A DNA stretch of 64,000 bases from Octopus vulgaris (taxonomy: Eukaryota): contig OX597826.1 of NCBI GenBank assembly GCA_951406725.2, positions 52,080,001 through 52,144,000 of the forward strand, in the 5' to 3' direction. The notes beneath the pieces are model-generated. The model searched no databases, was not told the origin of the DNA, and worked only from the letters and a program-made list of their open reading frames with translations. A program made the position numbers and the translations under genes. Shown one piece after another: positions 1 to 13,822 of this stretch (within the stretch, counting starts at the first letter, position 1; each line of letters begins with the position of its first letter).

Positions 1-561
1 ACATATAATTGTGTGTGCGCGTGTGTGTTTGTGTATGAATGTATTTACAATGATTTACAAGAATATAAGCATAATGCAAATATTTCAGGCACATTGTTTT
101 CACAACGGTACACGCTAATAAAACGGAATACAATACTTCAAAGCAGAACTAAATGTATCATAATGTTTCAATGAAGATATGGTACACATGGACTTCTATC
201 TGAAGGAATCCATATGTATTACACTCGATTGAGATGATAGAAGCATTTATATGGCGGCTTATTTGAATATTTAAATTGAGTGCAAAGGTCAATACTGATA
301 AAATGAGCTCCGAGATTACATTTGAATATGGTTAATTGAGGCTACTCCTGGTTTAGTATGTGCGTTTGTATTTCCAATTATCTATCTTCTAAATATAATT
401 AGTTCTTAAGTATTAGCTGTTGATCTAGTAAAGCAATTTTTTTCCTCTCTTCTTTTGCCTCAAACTGTTAATTGTCAAGCATAATTATATAACTGTGTGT
501 TTGCATGTATTTGCGTCTCTGTGTATGTAGGTATGTTTGTATTTAGTTGTGTGATGTGTGC

Positions 562-564
<3 letters not shown>

Positions 565-607
<43 letters not shown>

Positions 608-704
608 ATGTTGTATAAATTACGTGAGTGGGAGATGGATAAGACTGGCAAATATCTGCTTCTGTGTTCCGGCATGTATGTGTATGTATGCATGGGTGTG
701 TGTG

Positions 705-782
<78 letters not shown>

Positions 783-810
783 AAGAAGAAGAAGAAGAAG
801 AAGAAGAAGA
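565..810. repeat. (GT)n and compound (TAA)n(GAA)n microsatellites
   Basis: Direct reading. Confidence 0.95.
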
Positions 811-1420
811 ATTATAATATATCACGAAAATGGAAGTTAGCAGGCTTTAATAATGGATCACAAGGTACGTGTCTGCACCCCACATCAGCTTGAAGTTGCT
901 GGGTTAATATTTATATAGCGTTATGGAAGATTATTCTTAATTACTATGTATTTGAATATTGTTCAACAACAGCAATCTGCGGGTGCTCAATCGGATGAAT
1001 ACAATCAAGAACTTCTAGATTTTTCTCAATATTGTAACTCAAAGATGCCCTATAGTTTCCACCAAACAAATAATTACAGTCTGGTGGTAGGTGGTGCTTA
1101 CGAATAACAAACCAAAAACCTCATCACAATAATCGTAACTGCATCAAAAGTACCAACAGTAGCAGAGACAGCGTGACCTTCATCAACTGCTGTGAAGGAT
1201 GAGAAAGCAGCAGAGACAATAGTGTTGGTCAAATGAAAATAAATATAAAAACAAAAATAAAATCAAAGTATGATTAAAAACCTAGGATGACTTTTAACAC
1301 GTCTACGAGAAAGTATGTTAATAGGCTAAAAATAAATCTTTCAATATATGAATGTATGTTTATACCTAGATATATCTATTTCTTATATGCGTGTGTATAT
1401 GTATATGTACGCATGTATAT

Positions 1421-1462
<42 letters not shown>

Positions 1463-1558
1463 GTATATATAAATGTATTTATGTATATACATATACGTAT
1501 GAATACATATATATATATATATACAAGTATATTATGTATATATATATGTGTGTGTGTT

Positions 1559-1595
<37 letters not shown>

Positions 1596-1633
1596 ATGTA
1601 TAGCTTGCTTGAAGTGGTGTACATATTTTATAC

Positions 1634-1753
1634 ATTATGAAAGACGAGGTAGTCAGAATTTAGGATGATTATTTTGCGTTTGCACCTCGTGAGAAATGAT
1701 AATTTTACAGAAAATTTATGTTCTTTATATGTATGTGACTTTGTTGAGAAAAT
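1634..1753 (-). CDS. Candidate internal coding exon of an unidentified host gene (IFSTKSHTYKEHKFSVKLSFLTRCKRKIIILNSDYLVFHN)
   Basis: Pyrimidine-rich acceptor ctcttcccaattcaactccAG, 120 nt open in phase 0, GT donor (gtataa). Phase-compatible with the exon at 2252-2545. Confidence 0.4.
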
Positions 1754-2251
1754 CTGGAGTTGAATTGGGAAGAGAATGTTTTTTTTTGTTTTGCTATTTT
1801 GAATGTATATGTATCTTTCTATATGCATATGTGTGTATATGTGTGTGAGGAATTTTTGGCGGCCTGGTGAGAGGGAGAAAAATAGAAACAAAGATAGACA
1901 GGATGAAAGAAAGAAGGATAGAAAAAGAAGGAAGAAAAAAGAAAGTAAGTTTTTTTTTTTCTGAGACGGTTGCAATTGTTTACGTCAAATTCGACTTAAG
2001 GTACTCAAGGGCTTCCTAAAAAGAAAAAAAAAATATCCCTTAAAATTAATAAATGAGGAAATTATAAGCGCGATGAGACTGGGCATCATAAAACTGAGGA
2101 GACCTAGGAAAAATTAAAGAACATGATATTTCATTTATCAATAAACATAATAATCCAGGATTGACTAAAATGTTCTACACTATAAAAACAACCCTACCAA
2201 TATTCTTACAAAATACATAAATAGAAAGTCTGGTTGATGAAAACCTCATAC

Positions 2252-2545
2252 GAAACAATAAACGTCAGCCAAAAGTCGTTTAATATATCTCACGAGGGCA
2301 AAGTTCACTTCAGAAGATAATTCAGCATTCTCCGTGAAGGAGTGTGGCGATAATAGATATTGAACATGTAACAATAACATGTTTTTAAATATGTGTAATG
2401 TATACACATAAAATTTTTTCCACTGCACGATACCTAGAGGAATTGAAGCTCTGAAGCTAGGCGCAGGCATGAAAATGGAAGAAAATATGGTTGAAACATA
2501 TCCACCCAAAAAGCCAGTCTTCAACATATTAATATCTCTTAATAT
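2252..2545 (-). CDS. Candidate internal coding exon (ILRDINMLKTGFLGGYVSTIFSSIFMPAPSF...RYIKRLLADVYCF)
   Basis: Acceptor ttcgccgtAG, 294 nt fully open (98 codons), donor GTatga. Complex, non-repetitive peptide. Family not recognised. Confidence 0.45.
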
Positions 2546-2819
2546 CTACGGCGAAAGTGCACTTACTATGAGAATGGAACAATTCCTCATAACCTTCACT
2601 GCTTTGCATATGTGTAGTTTTGTGGATATGTGGATATATAGCCTTTTTGTAATCCTGCCTTTAAAATGGATCTTATGCGTGTGTATGACTGTAATAGTTT
2701 TGATGAACAGATGAAAATAGGATGAAAAGGAAGAAAGTCGTTCTTAAATCTATCCATTTACTGAATCAGGAAACAAAATAGCCTAAAGGTAAGTTTTCGC
2801 TCTACCATAATAAGGAACA

Positions 2820-3260
2820 AAATATTTAAGATAAAAATAACATACAGACAAAGAGATGAGAGTGAACCTAGCCGACATCATTACAGAAGACAAGAGATCC
2901 AAATCTTCTACACTAATTGATGTGGCTTGCTCGAATGACAATAACATCTCGGTAATGGGAGATTGAAAACCTCAGGTATGAAGATATGGATGTTGGAAAT
3001 AACGAGGATGTAGACTATGGACATAGGAAGAGACTCGTTTCTAAGAAGGAAGGGAGATAAAAACCTCAAGTATGAAGATATGGATGTTGGAAATAATGAG
3101 AATGTAGACTTTGGGTATAGGAAGAATTTCGTTTCTAAGAAGAATGTCGAGGACGAGAAATAGAAAAGGAGGTCGAAGAATATCTTGACAAATCCTGTGT
3201 AGTTTAATTTCAGAAAAAGTTTTCCCAGGAAGTAACATACATTGGGCTTTAAAAAAATAC
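2820..3260 (+). mobile_element. Decayed 3' fragment of an R4/Dong-like non-LTR retrotransposon with an internal ~93-bp tandem duplication
   Basis: Remnants TDKEMRVNLADII / LIDVACSNDNNIS resemble a restriction-like endonuclease region. AAACCTCARGTATGAAGATATGGATGTTGGAAATAA occurs at about 2968 and 3061. Confidence 0.45.
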
Positions 3261-5303
3261 GAAAGGTGTAAAGCTAATTCTATTCCTCTGGTGTAGCTGT
3301 TTACTGTTGTATTTAATAGGTTCGTGTTCACTCAAACTAGAAATATTTGCGCTGCGAAAACTTTCTTGGGGGAGACATGTGTGAAAACACACTTTCAAAG
3401 CGTGCCATAACACATGGCTTTGTAGTACTGGACTAGAGCACAACAGTTTATAGTAAAATAAAATAAAAACTATGGAAAACTACTTAAAAACCACCATATA
3501 TGATACAAGATCTCCAATACCCAATCACTGCACATCCTAAGGAAGGAAGCTGGCAGCGGTTACTGGTTACCATGGAGCAATATAAGACGTTATTTGTTAT
3601 CCACTTGAGTTGAAATCTTGCTGAGGTCAGCTTAACTTTTCATTCCTCCGATAAAAATAAAACCTTGTCAGTCAAATGCTGGGGGTTAATGTAATCGACT
3701 AACCTTCTCCCTCAAAATTGGTAACTGAATTAAAAACCAGTAATGCTATTCACTGTCTTTCCAAATCACAAAAAGGCTTACTACATGTCTTTCCTTGCTG
3801 TGGTAACAAATATAGCAAATCAATCATATTTGCAATACTTGTAGCAAAACGGTTTATATCGGCAAGTAACTAGTTTTTCGATAAATACAGCGGAATTATG
3901 TCAGGTTGCAGCAAGGCGACGAAATATTTTCACTGTACTTGTAAGAAATAAACAAAAAGTTAATGTAACAGATTTTATGTTAGTGTTTTCTTAAATGCCC
4001 AAAGCGCCCATCTGTGAAATAATTGCTTCGTGTCTAAAACACCTCCCAAACGATTATATATATATAGTGGATTTTTCCGTCGAGTTTGACATAGAACGTC
4101 CCAATAGCCAACGTTATTGCTGTTAAACTACCTACGGAGAAAATTTTATGTTAATGGTGAAGTCTTATATAAGACATGCCACGCTTAGATGGAAATGCTG
4201 ATAGCAAAAAGTTGGTGTAAATATTTGCCAAAAACTCAACGGTCAGCAAAGTTCGGACTTTTATACTGAAGTTCTTGTACGTGCATGTATGTATGTATGT
4301 ATGTATGTATGTATGTATGTATGTATGTATGTATGTATGTATGTATGCATGTATGCATATCTGTATGCATGTTCATCCGTCTTTGTCTATTCGTATATCG
4401 ATTTATGTATCAGTCTCTTTGTTTCTATGCTTGTCAGCAAGTATACACATGTTTTATTTTCCATATTATTCTGGAAATAAAATAAAAATTCTCTAAATCA
4501 ACACACACCCACCATCCTATGGTAATTTAGACAATAATAATTCTCTAAAATTACACGTTAAGCTGTGAAATGTTTTTGATATTCATCTGTTCTATGGCGG
4601 CGAGTTAGCAGAATCGTTGGCACGCCGGGCAAAATGTTTAGCAGCATTTCCTCTGTCTTTATGTTCTGAGTTCGACTTTGCCTTTCAACCTTTCGGGGTC
4701 GATAAAATAAGTACCCGCCCAGTAATGGATTGGATGCAAAACGACTTACTCCTTCTCCCGAAATTGCTGGCCTTGTGCTAAAATTTTAAACCGATATTTG
4801 TCAGTTCTGCAAAACCCTCGAATTTGCAGAATTCGTGTTGCTTAGTTTGCTTAAGCACCACAGATTATTAACCATAGTAATAGAACAAGAATATCAAGTC
4901 TCCTGTGGTATTCTAAAGTCATATATCACTTTAAGACTGGATCTCAAATTAATAAATACCCAACCTCATGCTATCAAAAATTATTTGTGGAACTATTTGC
5001 TCTCCACTCTTCGTTAGTGAGAAGACAGAGTTGCAAGTTTAAACATTTTTTTAACTATCTTTATTTTATTAAACATGATGATTTGTTCGTCTTCCTTTTC
5101 AAGAATCACAACCCTCCTTCCCTCATGAGAAATACTATACTGGTGCATATATATAACTTATCGGTAGGAATTTAATCCATAACGCTTGCTAAATAACAAA
5201 CTATAAAGCCAAGTATCTGAGAAGAGGACTGGTGATGAATGGCTATGTCAGCGACAATAAACTGAAAGTAAAGCTAGTGAAATATTCAGTAATTTCAACT
5301 TAC

Positions 5304-5427
5304 GTGAGGATTCTTTCCCATTTCTTTTTATCTTTTTCTTCCACTCTGACAAAGAGCAACAGCCCAAAACGGTCAGACATTTTACTTCTCGTTGGAAATG
5401 AAATTATTCGATATTTCGCCAACACTC
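5304..5427 (-). CDS. Candidate coding exon (VLAKYRIISFPTRSKMSDRFGLLLFVRVEEKDKKKWERIL)
   Basis: Consensus donor GTAAGT at 5298-5303 on the minus strand, plausible acceptor ttttgttcgacaaaAG, open frame. Confidence 0.4.
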
Positions 5428-6849
5428 CTTTTGTCGAACAAAATAGCAGATACAAGAGAAAACCATAGGCACACGCACGCGTGCACGCACATATACACAC
5501 ACTTATGCATCTACACATACAAGCACACATATGTATACACATGTATTTGTGAATACGCATGCAGTTTTTATCACATGCACGTGTTTATTCAGATTCAATT
5601 CATACACCACAAATCCACGTTCACACACAAGCACACACATGCGAACTCACAAGTTAGTACACTCATATTCTGTCGGACACAAATTCTCATATACAAACTT
5701 TCTTTCTCTCACGCAAACATACACACAAACATGCTCAATATACACACATTTTTGCATAAAATATACATCCTCAACCTTCATACATATATCCTCACACACT
5801 GATTGTATCAGTCGGAAACTCTCTCACACGCAAACACATACGCATAATCATGCATATACTTACAGCCAGAAGCACTCTCATACTTTCACGCTCATATACA
5901 CAAACATCAACAAGCTAACAAACCCTTATACACACGTATCAACAAAATGACGGACAAACATGAAAACAAATGCACATGCACACACAAATTGACACATACG
6001 CACATACATATATGCACGCATCAACAAACTAACTTTTACAAACTAAGAGCAACAAACTTATGCCCAAATTCACCAGCACTCGTACATAAACACACATGCA
6101 AGTACATACTTAACAAACTCACATTCATAAATGCCTACACAACAACACATATGCACGCAAATGTATAAACTAATACATAAGACATTCAAGCACTCAGATG
6201 TACACATAATGGTACATACCTCTTCCCCAACAAAACTATTTTCTATTAGTCAAGATATTTTAAGTGGTTTGTACTTTTAAACATTTTGATGTTCAACAGA
6301 ACTTTTCTAATAGTAATACGCTTTCTTCAAGATCATCTCCTCTTCATCATTCTAAATTTTAAAACAAAAAAGAAAAAAAAATACATCCTCCGTCAGTTTC
6401 AAGGATGACTGTTTTAGCTGCTCAGTTATCGGAACTACCAATTCATGACATTATAGTGTGAGTGAGCTCTGTACTTACACAAGTGTATCCTTAAAGTAAT
6501 TCTCAATATTACTCAGCATGTTACGGTGCCCGAAAATACTGGTTCATTGAATTACGGATACATGCCCCCCCCCCGAAGGGCTTCCAAGCAGTTTCTGTTT
6601 ACCCATTTTCACTCGAAATGTTTGAGCCGACTCAACATCACTTAATATACGCGTATTCTCATCAACATTGTCTTTGCCGACACACCGACATCACCTTCAC
6701 GACAGCCTCTACAACTAATAGCAACACTACTATCACATCTTTTCTCTCTCACGCCATCACCAATGCCAATGAGAGAGCATCTACGTGGTCACTGGTTCTG
6801 CTAAAAGAAAACAAGAAGAGCAAATTATATAATGTTTTCTAAGTTTAAG

Positions 6850-9470
6850 TATGTCTGAAAACTTTACTGTATGCGTGTTACACAGGACTATTTACAGCAG
6901 GTCTATCAGAAATTGAAATAGATTTTAATTAAACTTCCTGCACAGAAAGCTACACGTTCATTGAGGGATGACTGTCCTCATTCTAAGATTTGCAATCTTT
7001 CATTGTTACCCAACATCCACACCTCTTTTGCGGTTCCCAGATGCGTTGGTTTCCTTAAGAATAAAATTATGCGACACATAGACTCCTTCCCTACATCTTG
7101 CTCTAATTCTCCAGAGTGCTTGATCCTAAGCTGCTATGATTAATTCTTCTGTCTCGTTTTTTAGAATTCCCTTTTTCAATCAATTCCAAGTGTCTTCACC
7201 TCTATTCACAACATTGTTCTTCATAAACATTTTCCATATAATTTTGCTTTCTCTTTTCAGGTACTTCATCTTTTAGTTGTCCTTCTAGTATGTTTGCATT
7301 GCATATTGCTACAAGCAATTCTTCAGTACATTAGCTAACATACTGATTGAGACTTTTCATTTCCATATTCACATAGTCCCTCACCTTCCTCTATTTTTAC
7401 GTTTCGTGTACAGCTTATCCACAACTGCCTTTTTATGCAAAACCTCGTGCATTGTCTTTATTTTCTGAGTTTTTCGATCAATATCTTGCAGATCTGCCAC
7501 ATATCTCACAATTGATACAGCCTTTGAATCTATTGCCTTTACAATGTTTCCAGAATTTAACTGAGATTTCAGCGTCAGCTTGATCCTTCTGAAGTACACC
7601 TTTGAAATGGTTTCTTTCATTTTTGTTTTTTATGGTATCTGATTCCAAAATTCCCAAATAGTTGTATCCTTGACTTTCTTCCAAACTTTTCAATACCTGA
7701 TTATTTGTCAGTTTAAATCCTTAATTCTGTTTTACCTTACCAATCTTCAGTATGAAAATGTCACATTTACTGATTCCAAACTCCAGACCTGTGTCAATGC
7801 CGAAAATTCTTATTATGTTCACCAGTGTGCCAAATTGTTCTTCATTTTGTTCATAAAGCTTTAAATCGTTCATGTATTGTAGGTGGTTAACCACTTCCAC
7901 ACACCAATTCCCAAATCATATACTGCTTTAACATCTCTTAAAACCATCGATAGTATAATCAATATTAACACGAACAAAATTGGCAAGAGACTATGTTCCT
8001 GAACTATTCTTCTCCCGATTTTCACTGTACCAAATGACTTTCCTGCAGAAAAAACTCCGTTATATTTCTTTTTTGCAATCTTTGTACATTCTCTACCACA
8101 CCAAATATCTCCATACATTTACCTATCCAGCTGTGAAGCACCATATCAGAGGCCTTTTTGTTATCTATACAATTCCTAGTCCGTTAACCTTCTTTTGCAT
8201 CTTGTTTATTAACACCTGAGCTTTTAACACCATTTGGCCTGCGTTTACAACCCTTCTGTTCACCTGGTAATAATCTTTCATTACCCAACACTGCATAGCT
8301 CATTAGCAATTATTCTTGTCAACAGTTTGTTTTATTGGTAAACAAATCTCACCCCCAAACCACATAAATGGTAAACATGTTATTGGTGGATAGTTTGACA
8401 CTTCATTACGCTTTAACACAATCTTCAAGACTATAGTTGTTCTTCTATTGTGGAACATTCAGAAATCCTTGAAATTGACTTACAACTCTCAAGTGGCATA
8501 TCGTTAATACTTTAATCCAATATTTTTGCAATTCATCAGGGTCTAGTGACTTCAAGTTTCCCTTTTTCTTATTTGTTTTTCCATTGCTGTCAGTGATACT
8601 GTGCTGTTTTTTGTCTGTTTTATCTCTCATCTTCTCCTCAACATTTTTCATCCAATTAGCTTCATCATTATGCACAATTGATCGATTCCAGATATCACTC
8701 CAAAACCGTACACGTTCTTCCCTATTTGGTATGACACCATTGTCTTGAATCTCTTTCTCTAACATTTCGAACAATATTTTCTAATTCGACTGAAACATCC
8801 TTTTCTGTATAAATTGTTCTTTCCAGCTAGCTTGCTAGATTTCCTGATAGTGCAATAATTTTGCTAGCTTTCCTGATTGTACAATAATCTTGCTAGCTTT
8901 CCTGATTGTGCAATAATTCCAAATCTCTTCAACTACTACTTCAATTCCTTTACTGCGAACTGTGTTTTCTTTCCAACTGATCTTTAATTCGAATGTTCCA
9001 CAATTCACTGTTTCTCCAACTTTCTAACTTGTTCATATCTTTTCGCAATTCTTCAATCTTCTCAACTATTTTATTTCTCCACTGTGTTTCTTGTTTGTGA
9101 CCTCTTGTCTAATTTTTTATTCCTAGTTGTTTAGTTGTTACACATGCAGCTGCTTCGAGCAGCTCATTCATTCCAATGATGTCAGCAGTTTGTATGTATC
9201 CTATTTATTTTTTTTTGGCAATCAGCATTCTTAAAATTTGGTGGTGCTTTCTTCATCATCATTTGCTCCACAATTTCTTCTGCTATTTTGATTTCTTCTT
9301 CAATTTCTCTGCTTTGCAATTCTCTCTTAATGGTTCCTTTATCTATATTAAGCATCATGATATTTTCGAACATTGCTTTTAGCTTGAACGGATGCTGCAT
9401 CTCTTTGCCTTTCATCCATTCGATTATCTAATTGCTCTTCACTAGGTTCATTCACCTCTGTCAAATTCCA
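6850..9470 (-). mobile_element. Decayed R4/Dong-like (RLE) non-LTR retrotransposon
   Basis: Frameshifted ORF pieces FWSDIW...HNDEANW, GYNYLGILE, YFRRIKLTLKSQLNSGNIVKAI, DIDRKT...LH.KA.VDKLY.KRK.RGR. (TTA)n tract adjacent at 9480-9511. Confidence 0.8.
8832..8918. repeat. 29-bp tandem repeat x3 (TTGCTAGCTTTCCTGATTGTGCAATAATT) inside the R4-like relic
   Basis: Direct reading. Confidence 0.8.
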
Positions 9471-9668
9471 TTGCAATGTCATTATCATCATTATTATTAT
9501 TATTATTATTATCTTTTGTTTTTCTTCTTTCAAATTTGCTTCCATTTCTTGCCGAGTGTCTTCCCGACTCCTAGGGCAAAGAAACTCATAGTATACATTG
9601 GTAGGCCATTAAACTAAACTTACTAGTTCGTTCATTTTTTTTTAAAGTTAAATTAAAATACATGGGTA

Positions 9669-9702
<34 letters not shown>

Positions 9703-9894
9703 GGTCGCGGGCAGGTAGAATCTTTAGTGCGTCGGACAAAATACATAAGCAGCATGTCTTCCGGCTCTATACGCTCAGAGTCCAAATGCCGACGACGTCG
9801 ACTTTGCCTTTAATCTTTGCGAAGTCGATATGAGTACCATTTGAGCACTGGGGTGGCTGTAATCGACTTAGCCATTCCCCATAAAATTGCGGAC

Positions 9895-11672
9895 GTTCTG
9901 CATCTCGTGTTGCTGGCATGTGTGCAGCATTTTGTGTTCTTTACTGCTGTTAGGAGTGTGTGAACTCTTCCCAGTACTGTATTGTGTTAGCTTTTTTTCT
10001 TTGAGATGTGGTGCTGTCTTTTATTGTGTAACTGCTTGTATTGTGTGCTGAGTGTGTAATGCTTTGGTTTTCTAGCTTGCTGGTGCGAGTTTATTTCACT
10101 GGGTAAATGCTTTATAGAGTGTGTTTTGCATTTGTGGGTTGTTTTGTTCAGGTTGTATTATTGGATTGATAATATCTTGCGTAGGATGTGGGCTGTTCCT
10201 AGCAGGACTATTTTTTGGACAGCATAGTGTTGAGGATCAAGGTATAGCTTCTGCAGTGTTGTTCATATGATATTTTATTATGCCCAATGCTCCAATTATT
10301 ATGAGTATTGTTTTTACCTTCATGCCCCACATTTTGAATTCTTCAATTTTAAGGCTTTTGTACTTCGACTATTTCTCCTATTTTGACAATATTTTGATCA
10401 GGGGTGAGTACAGTGTCCGTCAGTAAGCAAGTGTTTTTCCCCCCATTCATTGACTATTATGTCTGGGCGATTAGCTTTTGTTTCTTGCTTGGTTTGAACC
10501 TGCATACTCCAAATGATCGTGACCTGATCTTTGTCTTGTACCTTGCTTGGCTCATGCTTATATTACCTGCTGTCAGTTTTGATGTTGTAATGTTGGCATA
10601 TTTTCCAGTGGATATAACTGTTTACTTACTTTATGGTGTCTGCATACATATTCAGACTTGGAAAGAACTGGACAGCCCGAGATGATGTGGTCAATTGTTT
10701 CATTGTGCTGGTTGCATATTCTGCATTTGGTGTTGAGGCTTTTGTCATTATTTTGTTTTTATAATTGTCTGTTGTCAAGCATTGGTCTTGTGCAGCGAGA
10801 ATCAGTCCTTCCGTTTCAGCTTTTAGTCCTGGGCTTTTGAGCTATTGTTGGCTTTTACTTAGGCTCTCTTCGTCTTTGTCAAGCCTTGCGGGGTTCTGAC
10901 CATGAAGCGGTTTTTTTCTCTATATCTTCTTCAGTGTCTTTTGTCATTCAGTTTTCATGTTGATCTTTGTCCCTTTGACCATTTCTGCTATGTTGTCATC
11001 TGAGATCAGTGTACTTTGCTTCTGTTTTGTATTTTGTCACCTACTTTCGTATAGAGAAAAGCGTTTTATTTTTCCATCTCATGTTGCATTACAACATGCA
11101 GTAGTCTTCTCTTTTTTAGTCCAACTGTTGTTATTTTATAATGGTTTTCTATTTGTATCCGGCCACGGGCTCCTTCTGCGTCTGCTTTGGAGTGGTAACT
11201 TTGATACTCAGTAGTTTTCTGGTTTTTCTACCTAGGTTTCTCAATTCACTGATCTTCCAGTTTATTATGTTGAAGCGGTGACTGGTATGGCTAGCATGTT
11301 TGTCCCTATTATCTTATTTTAATCATTAAATTCACAGTTTAATATTAGTCTAACTCTTGTGTAATACTCTCTCCTAATTTTCTCTTTCATTCCTATTTCT
11401 TTTATTCCTAGATATTTGTATGGGCGGTTGTGGTCTAATTCTCTAATTTCTGTGTCTATGTCGAGTGCAGTGTTTTCAGTGCTGAATAATTTACCTCTAC
11501 TCGGTGTGATTCTGGCACATTTGTCCAGCTCCGTGCTCATTCCGACGTCATTCCTGAAACTCTGAACAACTTTGATAAGATTTCTCTGTTCCATGGTGCT
11601 TTTAGCGTAAAGTTTTACGTCATCCATGTGCAGGAAACGGCTTACTTTTTGTCTATAGCACCTATAACCCAT
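9895..11672 (-). mobile_element. 5'-truncated decayed R4/Dong-like retrotransposon
   Basis: LHMDDVKLYAK, LDKCA, YKYLGI, REYYTRVRLIL; C-terminus VQKIVLLGTAHILRKIL at about 10170-10220. 5' end abuts (TTA)n(TTG)n. Confidence 0.82.
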
Positions 11673-12412
11673 TGTTATTATTATTATTATTATTATTATT
11701 GTTGTTGTTGTTGTTGTTGTTGTTGTAAATGTCGTTGTTCTTGTAATTATTATGCTTCTTAAGAATGAAAATGTATGATTAAAGTAGATTGATTTTGCTA
11801 CTTATACAATCAAATCGTCAACTAAATTTAAAATGAATCTTTCATAAATGAATATAGAAATCATTTCGCGAAATTTGTTCTCTGAGAAGAAGGAGAAAAG
11901 CAGAAGGAATAATTGAGAAGTATCTTTGTAGGCGACATATTACAATTGATGTTATCCTTAACACGTCAACGACCATCGTTTGTAAAATATTAGGTACTAA
12001 AATTTTTATGCATATTTTATTGTTTTCACTTGATATTAATATCATTATTCTGATTATTATAACTTGTTATATCGTATCAAAGTAGGATCAGGCTATGTAC
12101 TTCACACACACACATGTATGATTGTCTGTCCGAGTTAAAATAAGTTTTTCAAAGACAACCCTACAAACACTTATACCCATCCCAAGACGTTCCACCCTTT
12201 AGGTTATGTCACGGTGCTGAGCAACCTGGCTAAGGGTGAAATTCAGAGCTGACTGTCAAATAAATATCCAACCAATGTACCCAGTTTCTTAAGTTCTATA
12301 TCGGATAATGTTTACATTATCCAAAAGTTATTTATGCATTCTTAATATAGTTTACATTTCATTACGATATACTTACGTACATATCTACATACATGTGTGA
12401 TTGACATACAAA

Positions 12413-12460
<48 letters not shown>

Positions 12461-13822
12461 CAAAATAAGCAACAAGGATATCCAGAGATAATGCAGTACG
12501 ATCGTTTCATGCAACTCCAATTAAAGTGAGTGTTCTCTCTATAAATATGCTAGAAATTATGTGATGCCTTGAAATTGGTTTTTTCATTTTTTTTATTCTA
12601 GTTTACCTCGACCATTACACGGCCTAGTATTCCGACACTTAAACGTCGGTGTTATGGCACCTAGTTTGGTCTGCGCACTTACTGTACATGTCATTTAACA
12701 TTTTACATTTTCTTAACCGCCACTGTGTGTGCGTAAGTGTGTCTGTATGTACGCCTGCGTTCGTGTGTGTATTTGTGTGCACACGAGCACTCGTGAGACT
12801 TATTACCATGCGTATATCATTAATCATACCTACTCTGAAAATGATGCAAAAAAGAAATAAACCAATACACGTGTCACTTGAGGATCATTCCGGTTGTTAG
12901 AAATATGAGCCAATTACCGCTTAAATGACAGAGTACCAACTTAAGAAACGACGCAAAGGATGATGTTATACAGAAACATTATCCGTGGTACGACTATCTT
13001 TGATCTTGATTGTCTTCGAATGAGTGTGTGTCTGGGTGTTTCCCTACGTGTGTGTGTGTGTTTGTATTGTTGTATTTTTATGTGTATATTTGCATATGTA
13101 TTTGTATATAGATATAGACAAATGAACTACATTCCAAAAGCCAGTAAATGTGCAATTTCTCTCATTACTTCAAGCTGTTGTAATTGCAAGCCTAGTTCTT
13201 TCCTTTATACATTCAATCTTCGTAATTTATGAGAGCATTTGGCGAAGATACAGTATCTTTTGAAATAGTTATAACAGCGATGTATTGCAAAAGTGAATGA
13301 AACTGGATTTTGCATAAAAACTGGAGGACAGCCAAAATATCTATTTCTACATCTTAACTTGCAGCTATTATTTTACACCTACATGATTTAGTTATCAGTT
13401 ATGCACACATGGACACTGTTTAATGAGGAAACAATTTTGTGGTCGATAAACCTGTTAGCAACAGTAGCCAAATCTTCCTCAAAATACAACCTTCCTTCTT
13501 GTAGCAATTATGTATGAAGCAAAAGCTTCCTTTATAAACATAGCTCCGTAAACTAAGAGACATTGCTAAGAAAAAGGGGAAATTTAAACAGGGTTGATTT
13601 AAACGTACTTCTTCCTTCAGGAATATAGCAGAAAAAATAAATAAATGTAATTGAATTATCAAAGTGATTGGAAGTTGAAAGAACACAAACCTTCGTTCAA
13701 TATCAAATTTAATATCACATATTCTTGAAAAAGGTAAACGGCATTGGAATGGGATTACAAACTGCAGAACTTGTAAAGCTGAAAAAACGTTAATATGCAT
13801 AAGCTTTAATAAATATATCAAA

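Noticed and set aside
13420-13821. 133-aa minus-strand ORF next to the mariner relic
   Set aside because: No recognisable motif or splice signals; compatible with a chance ORF in AT-rich decayed sequence.
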